A DNA stretch of 64,000 nt from Octopus vulgaris (taxonomy: Eukaryota). Below are positions 1-10,315 of the stretch, piece by piece. A model generated the notes under the pieces. That model was not told where the DNA came from and ran no database searches. It was given only the letters and a program-made list of their open reading frames with translations. The translations under genes and the position numbers were made by a program. Within the stretch, counting starts at the first letter, position 1. Each line of letters opens with the position of its first letter. The stretch spans positions 55,366,001-55,430,000 of the forward strand of contig OX597827.1 in NCBI GenBank assembly GCA_951406725.2. The letters are read 5' to 3'.

Positions 1-445
1 AGTGTAATTTTTTACTCGGTGTATGTGTATATGTATGTGTGTGTGTGTGTGTAAGTATGTGTGTGTGTAAGTATGTGTGTGTGTAAGTATGTGTGTGTGT
101 AAGTATGTGTGTGTGTGTGTATGTATGTATGGCCGATTCAGTGTAATTTTTTACTCGGTGTATGTGTATATGTATGTCTGCATGTATGTGTGTGTATGTA
201 TCTATGTATGTGTGTGTGTGTAAGTATGTGTGTATGTATGGCCGATTCAGTGTAAATTTTTACTCGGTGTATGTGTATATGTGCTTCGGTAACTTCAAAA
301 GAAATTCCCTCGTCATAAAATCGCTTCCTCTTAGTCTCTTTCGCTCTCATTACTTCAAATGTTCCCGCAAGCCCATATGTAAAAAAATAAAAGTTTTTTA
401 CGGAAATCATCGACGGAAACGTGCTACTACAAACGAAAGATCGCC
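1..445. mobile_element. Right part of a Merlin-like MITE (terminus ...AGATCGCC) with internal ~110-bp tandem units containing (TG)n
   Basis: 286-445 closely matches the TIRs of the 61978-62396 element; repeated ggccgattcagtgtaa unit. Confidence 0.7.
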
Positions 446-1422
446 TTGCAATTTTTTTTTTTTTTTGCTCGGGTCAAACACTGGAGTTTGACCAAAAAGG
501 ATATCTGCAATTTTCCCGAAATGTCATTTGGCGCTTCGTTTTTACGACCCCATGAAAGTGAAAATAATTTTCTTGCCAAAAATATTCTTACAGAAATTGA
601 AAGTGCTTTTCTACAGAGACTATAAGGAACAAATGATAATTTGGGTACAGTAGCGTCTAAGCTAAATATTATAACGCTTTTAGTGTAAAGCTGTCATTAT
701 TGAAGGTAGACCTATAAAATATATTGATTATATTCCTAATTAACATAGGTGAAGCATGGCTATTGATTACCCAAGAGTATTTCAATGTTGATCACAACAA
801 ACAATTTTGTATAAAATTATACCCTCCATTGCATTCAACTTTTGGCCAAAGGAAATAGTTTCAATTTTTGCCCAGTTTTGCCCCCCCCCCCCCCCCGAAA
901 ATCACTAACCCGAAAAACACTAATCTCAAACAAGATAAATACTATTACTTTCGTAAGGCCTTTGAAACGAACAAGCGCTCCTTTTAATTACATGAATAAT
1001 TTTAAAGTTTTATTGCCCTCTAAGTGAAAAAAATATTTTGGAATGCTTCTAAGGTAGAAATTATATATATATATATGTATATATATAAATATATATAATA
1101 CTTCTAATTCATTGAAAAATATTAACGAAGCTTTATTATTTTTCTAAATAAAAAATTTTAAAACAAGCTACTTTAACTAAGTTTCAGTAAAAAAATCGCC
1201 AAGTTTTTTTTTTTGTTTTTTTTTTGAAATGATAAATATTTGAGACAACATGAATTCGGTTTATGTCAATGAGTGCTTTTAAGATAAGCATAAAGCAATG
1301 GATAATGCTTACACAAGTGTGCCACTTTTTTCACTTTGTTTCCTCATAACTCCCGGGAAAATGGATATTCTTTTAATATCCATATTATATAAATACTTCT
1401 CAAAAATATATCAAAAACATAC

Positions 1423-1843
1423 ATTTTCTGAACGTTATGAGGAAGCAAAATCCGGCTGATGGCGCACTCTTGTAAACGTATGCCAACTAAGGCTATGGAA
1501 CAAAGAATTAGAGCAAAAAAAAAAAAAAGTCAGAGACAAATTATCGTTTCGTTGTAGAATATATTCATAGAATTGATAATTTTCTAAAGCTGCACTCTTA
1601 ACATTATAAATCTGTTCAGCTATTAATATTTTACGTTCGTATTGCAAATGACTTCAGGAGCAAGTTGCATAAATTTAATCAGTCCTTCTTTTAATCTATC
1701 AAAATAATTTTATTTTAATAAACAGATTGAAATATTTTATATATTTCTTTTGTAAAAATTGAAACTGACAAAAAGGAAGAAAGTCAGCTATTTATTGGTA
1801 CTGCTTTAATAAATATATAATGAAACGTACCTGTGAATTCCAT
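1423..1843 (-). CDS. 5' exons of an unidentified gene (exon 1831-1843, exon 1423-1492; MEFTALVGIRLQECAISRILLPHNVQK...), continuing left of the window
   Basis: ATG GAA TTC ACA G|gtacgt; acceptor ctaattctttgttccatag with branch-like ctaat; AT|gtatgt donor; phases fit; CpG-retaining region. Confidence 0.45.
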
Positions 1844-1878
1844 CGGTGAAGAAAGGTTTCTTTGACATCATGTAAAAA

Positions 1879-2040
1879 TTCCCGCACAAAGAAAGAACAT
1901 CAAAGAACAATTTAACGGAAATTACCGAATTGTTTCAAAGTGCAACGTTACCACGGAAATGTTAGCAGAACTATTGGAGTTAAACTGTATTTTTGTTTTA
2001 CCCTATTGTCATTGGTTTTGGAATGGTACATTTTACCGAA
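1879..2040 (-). promoter_or_regulatory. Putative promoter of the left gene: E2F-like TTCCCGC plus shared module
   Basis: Lies just upstream of the ATG at 1843; aligns by eye with 42961-43085. Confidence 0.4.
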
Positions 2041-2313
2041 ATGTAATTATTAACTTACATGTTATGTTAACACAATTTCTCGCGTTCTTATTACAAAAAA
2101 TAATACTTATATATGGCAACTGTTAAGTCACGTGTTAAAATGCTGGGAAATTTTCTTTAATGTATCAAAATGTTACAAGTTTAATCTAAGTTTCGTTTTA
2201 ATCGTTAGCAATAATGTATGTGGATCGCTAGACATGTGCAGATGGAATAAGTTTAACACTATTTTAACGAAAAACAATTGCCTGGAATTTTATATACAGT
2301 ATTCATACATCCC

Positions 2314-2992
2314 CGTCATTGTCCTCTACATTGATTAGCTATTCCCAGTGGCTTTTCGCCATTGGCGCCACCAAAAGTGAATAATATCAACATTCATGGA
2401 GCGAAATTGTAATGATCTTTTAGGCGTTGACTGACGAGGAATAAGTTACGAATTTACTGTTTGTTATGTTTTTGTAAAATTTTCTCGTTTGTTGTGTTTT
2501 TAAACTTTCGAAATATATTTATGTAATGCTAGACACTTCTGATTTTTTTTTCTTTTTACTCATTTGTAAAATATTCTTAGAATATTTTTTGTGCGACGTC
2601 TCTTTCTGTGCAACACTTTTGCCTCCCTCCCACTCTCTTGCTCTCTCTTACTCTCCCTAACACTTAATTTCTTTCTTCATTCTGACTTTCTGTCTGTCCT
2701 TCTCTCGTCTCCGGTCCTACAGGACATTTTCAATTCCTTTGCCTTACCACATTTCTGTCATGCTTGCGACTGCATAACTTTTTTTTATTGTATATGTATG
2801 TTTTATGTTGTGTTTGTTTTTGTCATTGTCCTGTACATTTGTTTGCTATTCCCAGTGGCTTTTTACCACTGCCACCACCAAAAGTGAACTATATCAATTT
2901 CACAGGTACGAAATTGTAAGGATCTTTTGGACGTTGACTGATGAAGAATAAGCTAAGAATTTTCTGTTTGTTATGCTTTTGTAAAATTTTCC
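2314..2992 (+). repeat. Diverged ~175-bp direct repeat (2314-2490 and 2821-2992), possibly Penelope pseudo-LTR derived
   Basis: Shared gtcattgtcct...gctattcccagtggc...caccaaaagtgaa...gtaaaatttt; abuts the Penelope fragment. Confidence 0.75.
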
Positions 2993-3001
2993 GATTTTGT
3001 T

Positions 3002-3970
3002 AAATTTTTGATGCAGATGATTAATTCCTGTTTATGGCGATGGCAGGAGTCCAGATGGCCCCTGTGCAAAAACAATCTGAACACAGATAGGTTTTGTAAT
3101 GAGCACGAGACTGGGGTGTCATTGCTGAGTCTAATGTCAAAGAGGTGCACTGCAAACTGGTCAGCCAAGCAGCATCCCATTTGACCAATGTATAGAGAAG
3201 GGTAGAATGAGCAGGAGATGCAGTAAATGATGTTGCTAGTAGTGCAGGTAAAAGATTCAGTGATATGATAGGGATGATGATGGGCGTCTGTGAGGATGGT
3301 GGTGTTGGAGAGGTAGACAAGTGCAGCAGTATGGGCGGGAACAGAGGAATGAGTCAAGTTGGGAGGTGAGGTTAAGGAAGAAACTGTGAACCAGGGAGTC
3401 ACGTAAGTTGTGTAGAAGGAGAGAAGGGATAGGTTGGGGAAGATGTGCAAAATGGGGGGTTGGACTGGAGTTGCCGGAAAGCTCAGGGCAGGGTGGAGGT
3501 GTGGTAGGTGAGAGGACTGGGAGATGGGTAACGGCAGGGCAGGTGTGAGGAGAGAGAGCAGAGGCATGGTACACAGAACAAGCTCTGGAAAGGGCGGTGT
3601 GGATAGTGGTGAGGGGATATTCACGAAGGATAAAGTGGTGAGCCATGAGTTGAGAAGGAGGTGTCTTGAAGTTGGCGGAGAGCTTCAGCTTTGCAGAGGT
3701 CTGCGCACCGCACCACCACAGCTCCACCCTTGTTGGTCAGTTTTATGATAATGTCTTTGCGGTATCAGAGACATTGAAGGTCCAAAAGTTTGGCTGGAGA
3801 GATGTTGAGATGTCAGGGACACCTGCGAAAGTTAAACTGGTCCACAACATGCTGGCAGATGCCCACAAAATGATTGACTGCTTGGAACTGGTGTCCAGTG
3901 GGATGGTCGATGGCCCAGGTTGGTAAAGCAGTCCTCTTTGTTAGATGCTGTGGAATAGTGCATATAGCCT
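3002..3970 (-). mobile_element. Degenerate Penelope-like retroelement fragment (RT C-terminus plus GIY-YIG endonuclease)
   Basis: FTCTTSNIIYCISC...LYIGQ...HLFDIR GIY-YIG motif in ORF 2971-3624; frameshifted. Confidence 0.85.
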
Positions 3971-4015
3971 GACTCAGCGCACAAAGCTATGAATATCAGC
4001 ATGGGTCTATATATA

Positions 4016-4400
4016 CTAGCAGTATAGCCCAGTGTTGATCGGATTTGTTTTCCTTTTGACCCTTTAGAATTTGAAATTTTGAAAAGTAAAAATTTTGCAT
4101 TATGGAGCTTGTTATTCTCTTTAAGTGAACATTTTTCTGGTTGAAATACACCAAAAAATGGCGACACAGCACTAAAAAATAGGGATTTTCATAGAAAAAA
4201 GCACCTTTTTGATGTAAATAATTTTTGGTGTTAACATGGTCCGATTTGAATTTTTTCTTCTACAGAATGAAGAGCAAGCATTCTTCTATGATACTCTCAA
4301 TTTTGATCAACTTGCACCGCAGGGTCTCAGAGGAGATAGTGTTAGTTGAAGGCTACTAAACCTGCCACACACACAGACAACTTCAGCTTTATATATATAT
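4016..4400 (-). mobile_element. Non-autonomous Helitron
   Basis: Minus-strand 3' end with GC hairpin then CTAG|T; 5' end TATATATAAA followed by (GT)n; termini shared with 51639-52034. Confidence 0.65.
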
Positions 4401-4406
4401 ATATAT

Positions 4407-4660
4407 CATCATCATCATCATCGTTTAACGTCCGCTTTCCATGCTAGCATGGGTTGGATGGTTCAACTGGGGTCTGGCAAGCCCGAAGGCTGCACCAGGC
4501 CAGTCAGATCTGGCAGTGTTTCTACAGCTGGATGCCCTTCCTAACGCCAACCACTCCGAGAGTGTAGTGGGTGATTTTATGTGCCACCGACACAGGTGCC
4601 AGACGAGGCTGGCAGACGGCCACGCTCGGATGGTGTTTTTTATGTGCCACCGACACAGGT
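4407..4660 (-). mobile_element. 5'-truncated RTE 3'-UTR repeat with (GAT)n tail; other copies near 8150-8568, 8870-9138, 10311-10475, 14431-14700, 23420-23670, 35230-35520, 36390-36620, 45615-45806, 45890-46080, 52065-52310, 54468-54636, 55172-55552
   Basis: Many similar copies with ttggcgttaggaagggcatccagc and a common 3' end. Confidence 0.85.
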
Positions 4661-5619
4661 AGATAATGGAAATTGACTCCACTTCAGACTGGCCATCTTG
4701 GAATATGCAATGTGTGGATTAACTAAAAGCTGTGAGATGCATACTCAGCTGCGAAAAGCATGTAAAATGCAAGCAGCAACAGATATGCATTGCTCAATGC
4801 AAATTGCTAACAATGCAATATGCCATTCTAACATTGCATGGCATCAACTATACAAAGGAAGTGATTCAGCACAGTATGTGAAGAGCTCTACAGCCTTAAA
4901 CACATTAGTACCGTAAATCCTTGAGTATAGTCTGCCCTTCAGTATAATAAGCAGGGGATTTTTAGGGGGCTGTACCTCTGGAAAACCTAAACCTTGTGTA
5001 TAATACGCACCCCATCTCTAACTTGAGTCAAGGAAGTCTATATAACGTCCTTGTTTTTGTAAAAATGTATACAGTATCGTCCTTAACATAATGCAAACAT
5101 GTAGCTTTTTTGTGCATTTTGTTTGCAGAAAATAAAGAAATAATGTTTAATAAATGTTGCTTACTGCAAGTTATGGATGATTCTTTTATGGTGTGTGCTG
5201 ATGAAAAGATATTGGAAGATTTTATCATTTGAAGTGTGTGTTATTGCTCAGGGTTCAGTCAAGCATGTAACAAAGTGTGTCTAGTTTAGGTATGTCAGAT
5301 CCAGGTCTTGAGATTGTTAGTATAAAAATTAGGTTATTGTTGTGTTTTAGGGTTGACAAAAGAATGTCAGTTGGTGAAAGATATGCTGTGGTTTTGTCTA
5401 AAAGAAAACCTCTTCATAAACGTGTTAAAAACAATATATTGAAGCAAGGTGAACATTGTTCCAGCAGTGACTCACAGAAACATTGTTCCAGCAGTGACTC
5501 ACAGAAACATCAAACTGTTTTTGGCCTTCTTGGGCATTGTCAAAGATAATGTGCCTGGTTGTCATATATGGAGAACAGAGAATAATACTGCGGAAAGCTT
5601 GCCAGGCTGAAATAAACAG

Positions 5620-6022
5620 TCTATGCAACTGAAACAGCATTAAATTAAGATAGCTATCTATGTACCATACCTAATGTGTACACACAATTGGAAGACATGA
5701 TTCTGTGGTTATTGTCTGAGAGAAAATTTCTTCCTGATATATATTCTGTTAAATACACAATATATATTGGAGTGAAGTGAAATTTTGTCTAGGCATATAA
5801 TGACCTGGTACATGCCATTGACAAAACCCAAGAAGGCCTAAATACATCTGATGTTCTCATTGTTGGGATGCTTATTTTGATATATATTCAGTTTTCAAAA
5901 ACATGTCTATGAAGGGGTTTTCTCTCAGACAAAAACTACACCATCATGCCTTTCAATGGTGTATATGTGTTAGATATGGTACACATGACTATTTTGATTT
6001 AATACCATTTTAGTTGTATACA
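5620..6022. mobile_element. Old MITE/foldback with ~120-bp diverged inverted arms
   Basis: 5620-5740 aligns to the reverse complement of 5905-6022 (e.g. ttgtctgagagaaaa / ttttctctcagacaa). Confidence 0.6.
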
Positions 6023-6274
6023 TGAAGTACTTTGCATTTGGTTACGATGTATCAATAATAATTAAAACTCAACAGAATTATTTATTGTAAATAAAAATCA
6101 TAAAATTTTAATTACTTGTGTGCTTCAACCTCCATGCATTTTTTTAATTATTTACAGTAGAAAGAGAAAGAAGTAGGATGTAAAATGAATTTGTTTTTCC
6201 TATTATAGGAATCATTGGAAGATTATTCTCAAATTAAAAATGTTTACAGAAAATTTCATTTATATACATGCAAT

Positions 6275-7275
6275 TGTTACGAATACCTGCCGTCGCTCAA
6301 ACTCTTCGGAAACCCGGGACCCTACCAAGTCGAGCGACGACGATCGACCGGCTCGATCGAACGGTGAATTCGCCACGAAAGGAGGAGAGAGAATTCGGTG
6401 GGGGAAGGCAGCAGCGAACTCGGCAACCGGAGAGAACAACAACAAACAACAGCAGGAAGAGATACAGAGAGACACGGCGGAAAGCAGTTGGCTTACGTTT
6501 AACAACAGTTTATAACAATTACGACATCAAATACAATGTAAAATACATCAGGTACATCAAAGAGAATAACATGCAACAAAATTAACAAGATCAACGCATG
6601 CAGGTACAATATACAGTCCGGAGACAACAGTTCAGATCAAATTAAAACAAATAATGTTCACATTAACAATACAGTACAAATTGATGCAATATAGTTCAGA
6701 GTTCTACATTAGAGTCTTTCTCTTTCTTTTTCAACAACTCTGTAACACAATTCACAATGTTCTTTATAATCTCATTTCTTTAATTCAGTACTTCTTTTTC
6801 CTTTTTTCACATCAATCTTTTACATTTCAACAATTCTTTTTCCTTCTTTAACACATCAAAACATAAACGAACATACCGTTACGAGCTACTACAAATAGCC
6901 AATGCCTTCACGCCGTAATCTCCCTCACCTCCTCAATCCTCTGTGTATGTCTTTCTCAACGTTGTCGTTGCCTCTCGCTCTTCTTAATCCTATCTGCCTG
7001 TCCTCCCCTCGCTTGTCTGTCTTTCACATTCACTGTCTCCGGCAGAACCACCTGTTACCAACTCGCTCTGTTCCCTGACTGTTTAACAAACTCACAGCTC
7101 CCGCTTTTTAAAGGGGTGCTTCCTCAACCCTTCTTTGACCGGCACAGGGTCGAAGGTCTCTTTAAAAGTCATCTCTCTCCAGAAACTGACAGAACAAAGG
7201 ATTTACTCGCCTGCTTGACGCCAGCTCACAAAAAGTAGGTCGCAAGCACTGTCCCCAATTTGACCCCCCATATCA
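6275..7275. mobile_element. Probable solo LTR (Gypsy-like)
   Basis: TG...CA termini, 4-bp TSD CAAT, ~1 kb, CpG-rich relative to flanks, non-coding. Confidence 0.6.
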
Positions 7276-7298
7276 CAATTATATTCAAAATATTTGAT

Positions 7299-7375
7299 GC
7301 TCTGATGAAACTAAGATGTTATTCAATCATTCAACTATGAGTCCACCGTATCTTATAGTGGAAACAGCTGCAAGC
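7299..7375 (+). ncRNA. Decayed hammerhead ribozyme relic
   Basis: gct-CTGATGA-aactaagat...atcttatagtg-GAAAC-agct-GCA-agc; U16.1 is mutated and the 10.1-11.1 pair is mismatched. Confidence 0.5.
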
Positions 7376-9776
7376 TAATGACATTCACATGAAAATCATT
7401 TTATCCTTTTGTCATCTTATTTTATTATTGCTCTATACTTGACTACGGCTTCTTTCAGAAGATATATATATATATGTGGAGTTCTATACGAGGTTATTGG
7501 TATTGTAATGTCCAAGCAAAATATTAAATATATATTTTTTCATTCGTTCATCATATTTGTTCATATGATACAAGTTTATGAATATTGACCTATGCAAGGT
7601 ACCAGAATACTAGTCTAGCAATTGTGGGAATTTAAAGTTTCTGCTTGTAAATTATTGCAGACTATGAGGTTCCAGACCAATGTTTGGAAAATCAATCTTG
7701 TACTTGTATACTATAAAGACACTTTAACATTTCTGCCAACTCAATGCTAAGTACAGTAACGATATATTTTGACATGGTATAAAGTCAGTTTTTCACTGGA
7801 GTGAGGATATAACTATCATCATTTAATGTCCTCTTCATACTTGCATGAGTATAAACTAAATTTGAGGCAGATTTTCAATGATCAGATACCATTCTTAACA
7901 CTAATCTTCACCAGTTTCTAAGCCAGGTAATATTTTCTCAAAGTTAAACATGCTTTTCAGAAGACTGATAACAAACAACCATTCTTATATGACAATGCTT
8001 GTTTACAACCATTATGACATGTCCAGACAAGGGCACATATATATATATATATATATATATGATAAGCTTCTTTCAGTTTCTGTCTATCAAATCCACTCAC
8101 ACAGCTTTGGTTGGTCTGGGACTATAACGAAAGACATGTCCAAGAGCTCTAACAGCTCCATCTGAGCAGGATCACTGCCAGAGCAGCTGACTGGCTTCCA
8201 TGCCAGTGGCACGTAAAAAAACACCATATGAGCATGATCATTACCAGTGTCGCCTTACTGGCACATGAACAAAACATTCGATTGAGGTCGTTGCTAGTGC
8301 CGCTGGACTGACTCCTGTGCAGGTGGCACGTAAAAAAAAACAACATTTGAGTGTGGCCGTCGCCAGTACTGCCAGACTGGCCCTCGTGCCGGTGGCAAGT
8401 AAAAGCTCCCACTACACTCTCGGAGTGGTTGGCATTAGGAAGGGCATCCAGCTGTAGAAACTCTGCCAGATCAGTTGGAGTCTGGTGCAGCCATCCGGTT
8501 CACCAGTCCTCAGTCAAACTGTCCAACCCATGCTAGCATGGAAAGCAGACATTAAATGATGATGATGATATTTATTTTAGTAAAACATACATAAGCTCAT
8601 TTTTAAATCTTTAACCAACCATTATATTATTTATCTGGCAATTATTGGTTTTCTTTACCATCTTCTTAAGACAGGTCAGCTAGAACTACATACCTTACAG
8701 TGAGAGATGGATGAAAGCTATACTGTTGCATGAAAAAGAAAATAGTCTAACAGTTAAATGACTTTTTAGACCAACGTCCTGTGGGTCTAAGAAATTGTCC
8801 TTCATGTTCACATAAAATTACAATGTTCTCTGCATCCTTCTTCAGTTGAGTGCTCCTAATCTTGCAGGTTCATGGATGCTGGTGCCACATAAAACACACC
8901 TGAGCCAGTACAACATGGAAGCACCTATGCTAGTGTCATGTAAAAGCACTGGTGCTAGTACTGTGTAAAAGTACCCAATATGCTCTGTAAAGTGGTTGGT
9001 GTTAGGAAGGACGTCCAGCTGTACAAACCATGCCAAAACAGACATGGAGCCCAGGCAGATCTTTAGTTGGCCAGCCTGTCAAACCATCCAACTTATGACA
9101 GCATGGAGAACAAATGTTAAAAATGATGATGATGATAATGAAAATTTGAACCATGAAATCAGTTTTCACCTTCCCAATGACTTTATTTATAAATTGCTTT
9201 CCAACCAGAGACCAAAATGATTCTCATGAAATCACTTAGTGAAAAAGTGATTAAAATATCTTTGAGGAATTAAAGTAAATCCTTACCTTCTCTCAGAAAA
9301 ATACAGCTTATTTATAAATATAATTCCTACCAAATTGTGATAGGATGTTATTTATTTTTTTATGAACTTGAGAGAAAATGAATTTTGTTGATTTACAAAA
9401 ATAAACAACAAAAATACTTTTAAATGAGAAAATCTTTTCAAGTTGCTTAACTTTTTTTTTCTTCAATCAATACAAGAACATGTTAATTTTAATATTTTAT
9501 CTTTAGATTTCAAAGAACATGTATTAATCTATGAATCTTCATAATGAAATAGACTATTGAAATATTTTCTCAATGTTTTCATTGCAAAAAATAAAGAAAA
9601 AAATTTTTTAATTTAAGAAATTTTAGATGAACAAAATTTACAAGATAAAAAAATGTAAAAGTATATTTTCCTCTTTTTAAAATAGTATAAATGCATTTAT
9701 GATTTATTCTTAGAATTACTGTTTAAAATCGATTAAAACCAATAAATAATTTTTTTCATTCAATGACAAAGATTAT

Positions 9777-9891
9777 TTAAATATCTAAAATCAGTCCAGA
9801 TTTCACTTCTTCTTCCTGTTCTAAATGCTGGAACTTCAGAGAAGATTGTTGTACTGTTAAAGTTTCAATGGCAGCTAATAACTCATTGATC
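9777..9891 (-). CDS. HAUS8: HAUS8 terminal coding exon (INELLAAIETL...GLILDI*)
   Basis: Long pyrimidine tract with tag acceptor; TAA stop at 9777-9779; candidate AATAAA at 9703-9708 on the minus strand. Confidence 0.88.
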
Positions 9892-10283
9892 CTAGGGTTT
9901 AAGAGAAAAGAAAAGAGAAAAATGAGAGCAATTCTAATAATTCAGAAGTTAAATTATTTAAAACAAAACAATATATTTCTCTTATATAGAAAATTACATA
10001 ATTAAAATAAAACAGATTTTTGAAGAGCTTAAAAGCATACATCTTTGCCAATGATACATGAAATGGACAGTAATTGTGTCCCCCACACCACCAGTAATGC
10101 ACCTTCATCTTCAGTAAATGGACTGCAGCTATGCTGGGGCATGGTCTTCAAGAGATGATTTGAATGCATCATCTCCAGTACTTATTCAACTGATCTCTTT
10201 TGCCAGACAACCAAAAACACAAAAGCAAAGTCAGCTGGCAAGTTATGTGGAAGGAACATAAACGCACAAATACATTAATTGAG

Positions 10284-10315
<32 letters not shown>

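Noticed and set aside
1435-1647. 70-aa ORF as a coding exon of the left gene
   Set aside because: Runs through a poly-T tract that is better explained as the acceptor for exon 1423-1492; weak splice sites
2430-2465. CTGACGA...GAA hammerhead candidate (and its twin near 2938)
   Set aside because: GAAA core broken and stems poorly paired
5452-5510. 27-bp perfect tandem duplication
   Set aside because: Two copies only; an ordinary slippage product
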